Shown: positions 1 through 10,443, numbered from the stretch's first letter. The stretch is DNA of 64,000 nt from Nitrospirota bacterium (GCA_963749655.1 CAVVOB010000013.1:1-64000); one strand, 5' to 3'. Notes: generated by a model not told the origin, from the letters alone. Made by a program: numbers and translations.

Positions 1-83
1 CTGCACTATCTGCCACTCTACCTCAGAGAGCAAAGCCGCACCCTCGTCCTCTGAGCCTTGCGGCCTGAGGGCCAGAAGGAGAA

Positions 84-156
84 TGTGGGAGAACCCGCTT
101 TTTTGCAAAAAAGCCGGATTCTCCCACACCCTCTCCGGCAAAAAACTCCTAAATGG
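84..156 (+). repeat. Palindromic repeat unit A, copy 1 (GGGAGAACCCGCTTTTTT-GC-AAAAAAGCCGGATTCTCCC...CCGGCAAAAAACTC)
   Basis: Imperfect palindrome plus conserved tail; recurs at ~640-710, ~892-950 and inverted at ~1392-1464. Confidence 0.85.
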
Positions 157-185
157 CTGGCGGTGAGGTAAACAGGGTTTCCAAC

Positions 186-382
186 GTGGGGCAGGCTTTC
201 CAGCCTGCCAGAATTGGCCCTTTATAACGGCTCCGCACATGCTATGAAGCGCACCGGCCTCCGCCGGTTCTGACTCCACCAGGCCGCTGTAGGGCGCGAC
301 CGGCGGTCGCCCTGTGTTGGTCGTGTGATCGGTTGACCGACCACGCCGCGGTAGCGGTAGGGGCGCTGCTTGCTGCGCCCTC
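186..382 (+). repeat. Cluster of GTAG/GTGG-type REP palindromes (186-209, 289-313, 357-382)
   Basis: GTAG/GTGG tetranucleotide followed by a GC-rich imperfect hairpin, e.g. GTAGGGCGCGACCGGCGGTCGCCCT. Confidence 0.75.
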
Positions 383-639
383 ATATGCCCTGCCCGAGAA
401 GGCCATCGCGAACACTAATAGAAAAGAAGAATGCCTCCTTTTCCCCTTCGAAAACTGATTTCGGGAACAGCCATTCCGAGAGCCGCCTTTTCAAGATCCC
501 ATAATAGCGATCAGGAGCCACAACACGCTCCAATCCAGCCATCAATAGACAGTAACACTCCTCCCCGGCCCTTTCATGAATTAAGTATGGTGTACCCGGA
601 ATTCACGGGAACCCGCCGGAAAGCGAGAGGAGGAAAGAA

Positions 640-797
640 TGCGGGGGAACCCGCTTTTTGTGCAAAAAGCCGGCTTCCCCCGCACCCCCTCCGGCAAAAA
701 CTCTATATGGGTGGATGTACATCACAGAATATTGCGTGTACCCTGACATGGTGTGTATCCATTCCTCTCGGTCAAGATCGATGTTGGCTATACGCCG
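640..797 (+). repeat. Repeat unit A copy 2 followed by repeat unit B
   Basis: Unit A similar to 84-156; unit B (ATCACAGAATATTGC...TGACATGG...CCTCTCGGTCAAGAT...ATGTTGGCT) recurs at ~955-1003 (partial) and ~1092-1173. Confidence 0.8.
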
Positions 798-891
798 ACC
801 GGTAGTTCTGGTTCCGGTAGCGGGCCGGCCTCCGTGCCGGTCGATTCTGGAACAGGGAACCCGCTTTTAAGAAGGGGCCCCGAGTAGGCCA

Positions 892-1003
892 CCGGGAACC
901 CGCTTCTTGAAAGAAGCCGGTTCCCGGCCCCGGCAAGAACTTTTAGATGGTTGGCGGTGGATCACAGAATGGTGCATGGCACGTGACATGGGATGTATCC
1001 TTC
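892..1003 (+). repeat. Repeat unit A copy 3 plus partial unit B
   Basis: CCGGGAACCCGCTTCTT-GA-AAGAAGCCGGTTCCCGG keeps pairing despite substitutions relative to copies 1 and 2. Confidence 0.75.
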
Positions 1004-1004
1004 A

Positions 1005-1083
1005 GTAGGACCGGCGTCCCTGCCGGTCGGATTTGTCCCCACGCATCGCGGTGAACCCTGACCGGCACGGAGGCCGGTCCTAC
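1005..1083. repeat. Inverted REP doublet (REPIN-like)
   Basis: GTAGGACCGGCGTCCCTGCCGGTC ... GACCGGCACGGAGGCCGGTCCTAC. Confidence 0.8.
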
Positions 1084-1188
1084 CAAATCGGCGGTGGATC
1101 ACAGAATATTGCAGTACCGTGACATGGGCTTGTATTCAGACCTCTCGGTCAAGATACATGTTGGCTCCACGCCTTCTTCGGGGCATCT

Positions 1189-1334
1189 GTAGGGGCGACC
1201 GGCGGTCGCCCTTTTGCATTGGCCGGGTCGTCGTTTGGTTCAGGAATCGCGTAGTGGATGCCCCACAGTCTTCCGAATGATTCCGGGTTCAGGATTATCC
1301 GACCAACAGAGGGCGACCGCCGGTCCCGCCCTAC
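1189..1334. repeat. Inverted REP doublet (REPIN-like)
   Basis: GTAGGGGCGACCGGCGGTCGCCCT ... AGGGCGACCGCCGGTCCCGCCCTAC. Confidence 0.8.
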
Positions 1335-1657
1335 AGCATCTCGGATGAATCACCCACCAATTGCTGGCACCGACTTCTGCGGGAGACATCTCCAAACAGT
1401 TTAGAGTTTTTGCCGGAGGGGTGCAGGGAAATCCGGCTTTTTTCAAAAAGCGGGTTCCCCCGCATCTTCTCGCGTGGGCACGGCAGTTTCGGGCCCAGGC
1501 TTTGAATCCATTCGGAAACATCGGAAGGAAGGAACAGATAGAATCGCCCGGCCTTCCGGTATTTCGGCCCGCGGCCCTGTTTTAACCAGCGGCGCAGCGT
1601 CACGACGCTGTATCCGGTAATTTCAGCAAGATCCTCTAACCTCAAAAGGTTTTCCAT
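1331..1657 (-). CDS. Excisionase/AlpA-like helix-turn-helix DNA-binding protein; C-terminus is repeat-derived
   Basis: LLRLEDLAEITGYSVVTLRRWLKQGRGPKYRKAGRFYLF...DVSEW fits the HTH_17/Xis pattern; AGGAG RBS upstream. Confidence 0.75.
   Translation of the reverse strand: MENLLRLEDLAEITGYSVVTLRRWLKQGRGPKYRKAGRFYLFLPSDVSEWIQSLGPKLPCPREKMRGNPLFEKSRISLHPSGKNSKLFGDVSRRSRCQQLVGDSSEML
1392..1464 (-). repeat. Repeat unit A copy 4 (inverted), inside the 3' end of the HTH gene
   Basis: Reverse complement matches 640-710. Confidence 0.8.
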
Positions 1658-1718
1658 TGCGGTCTCCTATTGCTCGACGGTTCGAGTAGAGTGGGGCAAA
1701 AAAAATAGGCGACTGGTC

Positions 1719-2347
1719 TCAAGCGCCCTTTATTTGAAGTTTGCCGCGTATATACTCATAATGCGGTTTTACCGCAATAAAGCTGTGACTTGAAAATCCC
1801 GGGTTATCAATCATCCGGTTAAGATTTGCCGCCAATCGAGTTTGAGGAAAGAACCAGACGCGAGACATCGGAATGCTGCTCCGCTTCGGCCCCTTTAGAA
1901 CATTAGTCGTAACTTCGATCCACACATTGTAACTGTGCCACTCAAAATATGACTGGAACGGCCGTTTGTCTGTCCTGCCGGAGTCTAATAATTGCTTTTG
2001 ATCGCTTGATAGTCCTGCTTTATCAAACGCGAACTGCACCGCAAGCTGATCCGGCAAGGCAACTTTGCTTTTTGTTCTGCGCTGAAGCTCCTGAGGCGGA
2101 CGCCCGCATACGAGAGGCATCGGAAAATGCTTAATGCGGTCAAATCCGCATCGTCGAGTTCGCAGCCAAGCGGGTCTCTAGCTTCAGCCTTCACAGCCGG
2201 CCAAAATAGACCCCAGGCCATCCATGTTTGAATCCCCGATTTGGTGAGACGGTGCTCATCATCGTCAAATATGTACTTGTCCGCGTCGTTTATGGAAATC
2301 ATTGCAAGACCTCTAATTAGCGATAATGCCACTGCTTTAACATTCAA
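1719..2347 (-). CDS. Hypothetical protein, probably one frameshifted gene (ORFs 1985-2347 and 1719-2120)
   Basis: Two overlapping same-strand ORFs directly upstream of the HTH gene; no recognised motif. Confidence 0.35.
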
Positions 2348-2435
2348 GCAGTATCGCTGTCAAGCTTTTTAATTACTAGAAATAACCCGAGCTTAGGAAT
2401 CAGCAGGAGGATCAAGGCTGGTCTTCTCATCCCTC

Positions 2436-3214
2436 TCATTGCTTCTTCAGACCGGTGCCTCGCCCGCGTTTGGCTGGTTTGGCTTTTCCCGCCTGTTCCT
2501 TCTTCCAGGAAGCATGGTGCTTGCGGATGGACGCGATCGCTTCATCTGCGGTACCGACGCAGATCGGGATCTCTATGTCCTCCGGATTCGCCAGCGGGAA
2601 ATCGTGCCTGAGCATGTGCTCGCGCGCCCATTCCACTAGGTCCGCGTACATTTTCCCGATCAGGATGAGCGGCGTGCCGTCAAGATGGCGCACTTGCAAG
2701 AGCTGCCAGACCATCAGCGTCTCCAGCGCAGTTCCGATGCCACCTGGCACAATGACAAAGGCATCTGACATGAGCACGAACTGGTGCAGCCGGGTGAAGA
2801 ATGTGCGGTGCTCGTACGCTTGCTCCACAAAGGGATTGATCTCTTGCTCGAACGGAAGACTGACGCGCACGCCGACAGACCTGCCGTGTCCGCCTTTCCC
2901 GGCCTCCTTAGCTCCTTCATTGGCTGCCCGCATCAAGCCTGGCCCGCCCCCGGTCACGATGTCGCAGCCCATGCCGGACAGGCGCGCCTGCAAGACGCGC
3001 GACCTCGTTATACACCCACGAACCTTTGGGGACCCGTGCCGAGCCGAAAATAGTCACTCGGTAGCTCTCTTTTTTCGACGGGCGAAGACGGGTAAGATTA
3101 TTCACGACCTCCCAGAGATCCAGGATCAGTGCCGACCAGGACCTCCTTGACCTTGTCCTCGTCCGCGAGGCTGACCATCGATGAAGGGCGCTCCGAGTCA
3201 ATTTTTGCTGCCAT
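2436..3214 (-). CDS. LOG family (Rossmann-fold nucleotide-binding, lysine-decarboxylase-like) protein, two frameshifts
   Basis: RVTIFGSAR, TGGGPGLMRAANEGA and PGGIGTALE motifs split across frames; ATG at 3214 with AAGGAG RBS. Confidence 0.85.
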
Positions 3215-3425
3215 CGATCATTCTCCTTTTCAGAACTCAGCCGAGTCACAGCGCAGCCGTTTCCCGGATCCGGCGCCGCCGAAGATAAATGACTTTCAGA
3301 AAGGGGACCGTCAGGGGGAACCCGACGAGACGCGGGGTCTAGCAAAATCCCACGTCTCGCGGGACTGGCCCCCCTTTCCGAATCCCGCGAAACGCCGGAC
3401 TAAATGGTTGCGGAAAAGCTCCTTG

Positions 3426-4553
3426 TTAGCCGTCCAGGGGCTGCGAAGCCCATCTTCCTTTGCGTTCTTTACCCAGAGCGTCTGCGGCCCAGATAGCCGA
3501 CTCAACCATTTCAGCGGTCACCGGGAACCAGGTGGCATGAATAGTCTCGCCCTCTGCCGTGGTTGCCTCGGCTACTTTCCTTATGTCCTCGCGGCTCGGG
3601 CCGGATATGCCCAGATCCTCCAAACAGACCGGCAACCCCACGCTCAGGCAAAAATTTAAGACCTGGTCCACGTCTTTTGACGGTCGGCCCTCCAGGACCA
3701 TTTGCGTAAGAACTCCGAAAGCCACCTTTTGTCCATGAAACTTGTCATGCGATGCTTCCAGAACCGTCAAGCCGTTGTGGAGGGCGTGCGCTCCGGCCAG
3801 GCCTCCGCTCTCAAAGCCCAAGCCGCTTAGCAAGGTGTTGGCTTCGACTATTGCTTCGACGGCAGGTGTCACTGATTTCTTTTCCACAGCCAGCTTCGCC
3901 TGGAGGCCGTATTCCAGCAATGTGTCATAGCAGAGTCTAGCCAACGCAAGAGAAGATAGGGTGGGCGGGCACGCTCCGGTAAGGGCATTCGGTTTGCAGC
4001 TCTTGGCGCAGGTGTCCGCTTCCCAATAGGTGGCCAGAGCGTCCCCCATCCCGGATACGAGAAACTCTACGGGAGCATTGGCCACCAGGATCGTGTCAAC
4101 CACGACGCAGTCCGGATTCTTTGATAAAACCAGGTAGCGTTCGAAAACACCGTGCTCCGAATAGATGACCGACAGAGCCGAACACGGAGCATCGGTGGCG
4201 GCAATGGTTGGGACAATGATCACGGGAATTTTCATTTCGTGTCCCATCACCTTGCCTGTATCGATTACTTTGCCTCCACCTGCGGCAATAACAAGATCCG
4301 CGGCGTTGGCCTTAGCCACGCTCACCAACCGACTGATTTCCTTGTCCGAGCATTCGCCGTTGAACATTTCCTTGTGGCAGCCGACCTTGTTGTCTTTAAG
4401 GCTGGCCTCAACCGTGGAACCGCACACGTTGAGAGCGGTCTTTCCTCCTGTGAACAAGGCCTTGGTCCCCATCCTGGCAGCGTGGATCCCAATTTCAGCG
4501 ATGGCGCCGGCCCCCTGAACGTAACGACCGGGCGCCAGGAACATTCGACTCAT
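3426..4553 (-). CDS. gldA: Glycerol dehydrogenase (iron/zinc-type ADH family)
   Basis: APGRYVQGAGA, GGGKVIDTGK, PTIAATDAPCSALSV, GLGFESGGLAGAHALHNGLT, HGQKVAFG. Confidence 0.93.
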   Translation of the reverse strand: MSRMFLAPGRYVQGAGAIAEIGIHAARMGTKALFTGGKTALNVCGSTVEASLKDNKVGCHKEMFNGECSDKEISRLVSVAKANAADLVIAAGGGKVIDTGKVMGHEMKIPVIIVPTIAATDAPCSALSVIYSEHGVFERYLVLSKNPDCVVVDTILVANAPVEFLVSGMGDALATYWEADTCAKSCKPNALTGACPPTLSSLALARLCYDTLLEYGLQAKLAVEKKSVTPAVEAIVEANTLLSGLGFESGGLAGAHALHNGLTVLEASHDKFHGQKVAFGVLTQMVLEGRPSKDVDQVLNFCLSVGLPVCLEDLGISGPSREDIRKVAEATTAEGETIHATWFPVTAEMVESAIWAADALGKERKGRWASQPLDG

Positions 4554-4755
4554 TCCAAGCCCTCCTAAAGTCATAAAGTCTCAATGGCCGCTTTCCTGCC
4601 GAAGAGCTGCAGGACTTGACTCGCGGATATGTTTTGCGGTTGTGATGGATGTTACTGTACACGTGGCTGCGGTCGCAAGTCGTGTTCTTCCCTCAGGTGA
4701 GGCTCAGCCGAATCGTTTTCAACAGGTTTTTACTTGAGTCGGAGTGCTGGTTTGC

Positions 4756-4837
4756 TCATTGCGAGGCCGCTCAGGGCCGACATGCCCCCGACGTGTCATT
4801 GCGAGGAGCATCCCGCGTTACGTGGGACGGCAATCTC
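4756..4837 (+). repeat. GTCATTGCGAG...GCAATCT palindromic repeat family
   Basis: Same motif at 8707-8786 and inverted at 10413-10443. Confidence 0.6.
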
Positions 4838-4840
4838 GGT

Positions 4841-4930
4841 ATCTACTCACAGATTCCACAGATCTGCGCAGATGAGAAGACATATGTTTGCTGGCTCTTG
4901 AGTCTGCGATCGTCTGAGAAATCTGCGGAT
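4841..4930. repeat. Tandem-oligomer inverted repeat (CACAGAT/CGCAGAT ... ATCTGCG)
   Basis: Three short direct units mirrored by inverted units; same design as the intergenic elements right of the junction. Confidence 0.6.
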
Positions 4931-5392
4931 CGATTTCCCTGGCTTTAGTGGCCTGTAGTTTGCAATGAAGCTTCGGACTTCCGAAAAATTCCCAATGACA
5001 GGTCTCGGGTTATGCGCTTTCAATGGCAGGGCTCTGCGTTATAATAATAACCGTCAACCTCATTCCTGAGAGGCTCCTTGGGGCTCATTCCGATTCGAGT
5101 CCGTCCTTGAGGCAAGCCAGCGCTGCGTACCAGGTTGATTGCGCGGCTTCTCCTCGGGTAGTCTGACACAATTCCATTGCCAAACTAAACATATTTCGTG
5201 GTGCCTGATAACGTACATAAATTGATTCAATGTGATTCCGCATCAGCAGAATAGATGTTTAATGAAGGAAGCTATTAAAATATCAACTTTTTTGTATTTG
5301 TTATTTTTTGTATCTTGTATTAAATTTATGTTACACAAAAGCAATTCCAGCTCCGGATATTATGCAGACCCATAAACATTAAGGAGCAACCA

Positions 5393-5986
5393 ATGAAAAA
5401 AGAAGCGCGAGCTCAAGCCGAAAAAATGTTCATGAAGGCTGGTGGAAAGATTACGAACAGAGACATAGCTAAAGCCGTAAAAGTGAACGCATTGACTATT
5501 GGGCGATGGAAACAGGAAGATAAATGGGGGGCAAAGCTAAAAGGGGGCGAATCATCCCCAGTTGGGACTAGAGCCACGTCAGGAACAATAGTACGTAAGA
5601 AGGCCGCTCGAGATAAAGCACTGAGCATGTATATCGAAGCCGAGGGCAACATCACGAATAAGGAATTGGCTAAGAGAACCGGAGTTAGTCCGGCAACTGT
5701 AAGCAAATGGAAAGAGCAAGATAAATGGGATGATCAACTGGCCCCGGCACAAGAGTTTGATATCAGGACAGCCCAGAAAGAGGAACAGCAGATTGATATA
5801 GGAGAACTGGTGTCTCCCGAACAGATCGTCGAGATAAACAGAAGAATTGAGAATCTTCTGGCTCGAGATTACCTCACCGCCGGCGAAATAGCCGATCTTG
5901 CCACCGCCAAGAGCGATCTTCTTGAGGCAGTCCTCACCTATATGGACATAGTTCGTGAAATCGGAGAAATTGAAACTCGCGGTTAA
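5393..5986 (+). CDS. Protein with two tandem phage-terminase-small-subunit-type HTH domains
   Basis: Repeats AEKMFMKAGGKITNRDIAKAVKVNALTIGRWKQEDKW and ALSMYIEAEGNITNKELAKRTGVSPATVSKWKEQDKW; AAGGAG RBS. Confidence 0.8.
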   Translation: MKKEARAQAEKMFMKAGGKITNRDIAKAVKVNALTIGRWKQEDKWGAKLKGGESSPVGTRATSGTIVRKKAARDKALSMYIEAEGNITNKELAKRTGVSPATVSKWKEQDKWDDQLAPAQEFDIRTAQKEEQQIDIGELVSPEQIVEINRRIENLLARDYLTAGEIADLATAKSDLLEAVLTYMDIVREIGEIETRG

Positions 5987-6022
5987 CGGATCAGCTTAAG
6001 AATTCAAAATTGAGGTATTCGT

Positions 6023-6830
6023 ATGTTATCCCCGGAAACTACTTTGTACGTCTATGAGATTCGAGGGGATTCATTTGACGATTTTAAAGCTCCTCCAGAT
6101 TCGTTCATCGGAATTTGGAATGAAGATGATTTCTTTTATGTCTTTTTCACCCATCCGGAAGACGACTATGTTGAAGGTATATTAAACTTCGATACTTCGA
6201 GAATTAGTTCGCGGCATGAGGTGCAATATTCCGATTGGCAGACGGGTCTGCCTGCAAATGGTATAGAGATAGACAACTTACAATTCATGCCTGATGATCA
6301 TCCCGCTCCTCCGCTGGGCTCGATTTTATTGGATCCCTCAGTAGTGTTTGGAGACGGTAGTCATCCTACCACGATCCGATGTTTGAATTTTTTGGTCGAA
6401 ACACTGGCTCAATATTCCGCGACGTCGCTTCTGGACCTGGGAACCGGCACAGGCATATTAGCTCTGGCAGGTGCTCGTCTCGGTTTAAAGGAAATATTGG
6501 CAGTTGACAAAAACCGACTGGCCGCGAGCGTCGCCAAATGTAATGTTCAAACGAACAACTATGATGAAATTGTGACAGGTACGAGAAGGAGAAGCCCGTA
6601 TCTTCATAGATCGAAAATATGACATTGTGACTGCCAATCTTCCTTTCGAAGTCTTGCGGGATATTCTAACCCTTAAAGGCGCTTCACTGCACCGTTTCTG
6701 GATAGTTTCCGGGATAAGCGAATATCAAGGAAATACTTTGAAGGAGCTTATGCAGGAACAGGGATACGAAATCAGCTCAGAAGCAGTTGGATCATCCGTG
6801 GACGACTTTTCTTGCAATGCATCAAATTAA
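6023..6830 (+). CDS. PrmA-like (ribosomal protein L11) SAM methyltransferase, frameshifted near 6580-6625
   Basis: LDPSVVFGDGSHPTT and LLDLGTGTGILA; continues as TANLP...IVSGI in the next ORF. Confidence 0.75.
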
Positions 6831-6889
6831 CAGTTAAAATCGCTTACTAAAAATATATTCTCATCTTTCTCATCCTAGAGAGCGGAGTC

Positions 6890-7336
6890 ATGACTCAGCG
6901 GGTCGGTCCGATACAAATCTTGTTGGTCGAAGATAATCCTATGGACATTCTGATGATCAGAGAATGTCTGAAAAAATGGAGCATCAAAAATTATCTGCAC
7001 GTGGTCCAGGATGGCGACCAGGCGCTTGATTTCATATTCGCTCGTGGCAGTTTTGCCGAATCACCCCGACCCGATTTAATACTTTTGGATCTCGATCTTC
7101 CGAAGACAAGCGGCAATGAGGTGTTGTCCGAAATCAAAAAAGATCCCAGGCTTTCAAGTATTAAAGTCGTAGTGGTGACAACATTTGATGCTGTGGCGGA
7201 CACTAAAGTTTGGAATGATCTCGGGGCCTCGCTATGCATTACCAAGCCCATGGATTTCAACGAATATTTTCAAGCAATGCGCTCTGTCGAGGAATTGTGC
7301 GAACAGCCTGGGGAAGCCGCTATTAAAAATTGTTAG
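6890..7336 (+). CDS. Single-domain response regulator (Rcp1-like receiver)
   Basis: ILLVEDN, PDLILLDLDLP, ITKP. Confidence 0.9.
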   Translation: MTQRVGPIQILLVEDNPMDILMIRECLKKWSIKNYLHVVQDGDQALDFIFARGSFAESPRPDLILLDLDLPKTSGNEVLSEIKKDPRLSSIKVVVVTTFDAVADTKVWNDLGASLCITKPMDFNEYFQAMRSVEELCEQPGEAAIKNC

Positions 7337-7432
7337 TTTCTGCCGCAAATTTTACCCTAAGAAAATCAGACGTGAAAACCATGGGGTCGCGACAACCAAT
7401 CGTAACAGTACGGCTGAAATCAGGAGAAGCAT

Positions 7433-8684
7433 GTGAAAGTTCAATTTGAATCTCCCCCGGCAGATGGCGCGTGGATAACAATCGGCAATCAGTTCACACT
7501 CAAGGTGCCGGACAATCCGATTATCGGCTTAATAAAAGGGGACGGCGTCGGTCCCGATATCGTGGCTGCATCTATTCCGGTGTTCGATGCCGCTGTTGAG
7601 AAGGCTTTTAAGGGCAAACGATATATTCGCTGGTGGGAGTTGCCGGCGGGCGAATCGTCTTTTGCGAAATATGGCGAATACCTTCCCGAAGAAACTTTTG
7701 ACGCAATCAAACGAGCGGTTGTGGTGCTCAAAGGCCCTTTGACCACCCCTGTTGGCGGTGGATTTCGCAGCCTGAATGTGACCTTACGACAGAAACTCGA
7801 TCTTTACGCATGTATCCGGCCGATTAAATATATTCCAGGAACTCCTTCGCCCGTTCTGAAACCCGAAGATGTGGACATGGTGATCTTTCGTGAAAATACC
7901 GAAGACGTCTATGCCGGCATCGAATGGAAGTCCGGCAGCCCGGAGGCTGAAAAAGTCATTAATTTCCTGAATCAGACTTTCAAGATTCGGCTGCCTGAAT
8001 CATCCGCCATCGGTCTCAAACCGATGAGTCCGGCTGCGGTCAAGAGACTGGTCCGACGTGCAATTCGTTATGCGCTTGATCACGGAAGAAAGAGAGTAAC
8101 TCTGGTTCATAAGGGAAATATTATGAAATTCACGGAGGGCGCTTTCCGGGAATGGGGCTATGAGTTAGCACATGATGAATTCGGCGACAAAATAGTATTG
8201 GAGAAAGAGCTGGCTGAATACGGAAATGCAGCTTCCTGAAGGGAAGGTTCTTCTGAATGACCGTATCGCTGATTCCATGTTTCAGCAGGTATTGTTGCGG
8301 CCCGGCGAATACGAAGTTTTAGCAATGCCGAATCTTAATGGAGATTATCTTTCCGATGCCCTGGCCGCCCAGGTCGGCGGCATCGGTATGGCGCCGGGCG
8401 CCAATATTGGAGACAGTTGCGCCATTTTCGAAGCCACACACGGAAGCGCTCCCAAGTACGCGGGCTTGAACAAAGTTAATCCCGGATCACTCCTTTTGTC
8501 CGGCGTTATGATGCTGGAGCACATGGGGTGGCAGGAGGCTGCGATCCTGATAAAGAATGGGATCTCAAAAGCTATTCAGGCCGGGATCGTAACCTATGAT
8601 CTGGCAAGACTAATGCCGGGCTGCACTGAAGTTTCCTGTTCAGAGTTCGGTAAAGCCGTAATTGATTTCTTAAGTGACGATTGA
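7433..8684 (+). CDS. icd: NADP-dependent isocitrate dehydrogenase, one frameshift near 8225
   Basis: [25 protein letters not shown] and [12 protein letters not shown] in ORF 1; NLNGDYLSD and [12 protein letters not shown] in ORF 2. Confidence 0.92.
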
Positions 8685-8706
8685 GTGGCATTGTCTGACC
8701 CGATGC

Positions 8707-8786
8707 CTGTCATTGCGAGCGATAGCGAACCTGCAATCTGCAGAGCTTCATTCAGGGACTGTAACAAATCCTGAGATTGCGACGTC
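8707..8786 (+). repeat. GTCATTGCGAG palindromic repeat downstream of icd
   Basis: CTGTCATTGCGAGCGATAGCGAACCTGCAATCT...GAGATTGCGACGTC. Confidence 0.6.
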
Positions 8787-9168
8787 AATCTCGCCGGGAG
8801 GCGCACGCTTTCCCGCGAACTCGGGAATTCAATGTTTCTTGATGATGGTATGAGTCCTCCATGTTCACAATAGTAAACAGGCAAACGTCTGTGTTATCGG
8901 CACCAACACTGGTTTTCTATTAAAAATTCTTGACTACGGTCAACGTCCCGGAATATGCTTAATGATCATCGCATCCGGAATATTTTTTTTTGTGTATTGG
9001 CAAGGAGGGTTGAGGGCCCCCGCCTCGGCTATTTTTCCGGTGCGTATTGTGCCGAGGCGGGGGATATAAAACCGAGAGTCCCCAGGTGTAGTGCGGTTCA
9101 CGGATTCATACCATCGCATTTTCTTCCCTGAAAATGTCATCAGCGTAGTTCTATTTCGAAGGTGATTC

Positions 9169-10160
9169 ATGATCATCACACGTACACCTTTGCGTGTAAG
9201 CTTTTGCGGAGGAGGCACCGATCTCCCGTCATATTATCTTAAGCAACAGGGGGCTGTGTTAAGCACAGCGGTGAATAAATATATTTACATTACCGTCAAT
9301 CGTCTCAGCCCGTATTTTGCGCATAGCATACTGCTCAAATATTCCCAGACCGAACTGGTTGATTCGGTTGAAGAAATCCGACATCCGATCATTCGCGAAG
9401 CCATGAAGCTGACGGGAATCGTGGATCGAGTAGAAATTACCTCTATGGCCGACATTCCAGCCGGGACCGGGTTGGGTTCATCGAGCTCGTATGCTGTGGC
9501 GCTGTTGCATGCCCTACACACGCTGAAGGGCGAATATGTCTCCGCAGGTCAGCTCGCCAAGGAAGCATGTGAAATTGAGATTCAAAGGCTCGGTGACCCC
9601 ATCGGAAAGCAGGATCAATATATTGCCGCTTACGGGGGAATATGCCATCTGCGATTCAATCCGGATGAGTCGGTCTTCGTGGACCCGGTAATTTGCTCAT
9701 ATGAAACCAAGAAAGCCCTTGGAAGAAAACCTTCTCATTTTTTACACGGGAGGCACAAGACGCGCCGGAGATATACTCGAAGTACAAAAGGCCACCACAG
9801 ATCAAAAAATGGATGTTTTGTCCCACATGAAAGACCTTTGCTACGAAGCATTAGATGTGCTGCGGGAGGGAAGATCGCTCCATCAATTTGGGGAAATACT
9901 GCACGAGGGTTGGAAATGGAAACGAACTCTCGTGGATTCAATAACGAACAATGCGATTGACCATTACTATGAAACAGCCCTCAGAGCCGGGGCTCTGGGA
10001 GGAAAGCTCTTGGGAGCCGGTGGGGGAGGGTTCCTTTTATTTTATGCCGAGAAACAGAAACCACGGACGAGTCCGAGAAGCACTAAATGAACTACAGGAG
10101 TTGCCGTTTCACTTCGAGCCACAGGGAACAAAAGTCATCTATATATCGGATGATATGTGA
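9169..10160 (+). CDS. GHMP kinase, HddA-like (heptose-7-phosphate kinase), two frameshifts
   Basis: RTPLRVSFCGGGTDLP, PAGTGLGSSSS, IGKQDQY and GGKLLGAGGGGFLLF across three frames. Confidence 0.85.
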
Positions 10161-10210
10161 GAACAGGTATAGAGGTTTCTCAAGAAAATCAGCGAAATAG
10201 AAAACGATTT

Positions 10211-10443
10211 GGTGGCGACGGGCATCCTGCCCGTCTGGTAGGACAGGCATCTTGCCGTCATCCTTTCGCTGTGGCGACTCGGATCGCCAGTCCTCCCATA
10301 CGAGTCCTGGCCTATCCAATTCTGCATCACGCTCCGATCCTCATTGATTATGGCAACAAAACTTTCGAGACTACTCACGACATGTAGCCATCGCAAGAGA
10401 CCTGTACGAGTTGAGATTGCTTCGCTGCCGCTCGCAATGACAG
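10211..10443. repeat. REP cluster between convergent genes
   Basis: GGTGGCGACGGGCATCCTGCCCGTC, GGTAGGACAGGCATCTTGCCGTC and inverted GAGATTGCTTCG...CTCGCAATGACAG. Confidence 0.65.

Noticed and set aside
431-870. ORFs 431-805 and 658-870
   Set aside because: They run through palindromic repeats and lack protein-like motifs
84-1464. Possible CRISPR array
   Set aside because: Repeats differ in type, length, spacing and orientation; no constant repeat-spacer period and no cas genes
5393-5986. Prophage
   Set aside because: No large terminase, portal, capsid or integrase nearby; flanking genes are cellular
8215-8240. Programmed frameshift in icd (likewise pepA near 53720)
   Set aside because: No slippery heptamer or stimulatory structure; many neighbouring genes have similar indels, which points to read error
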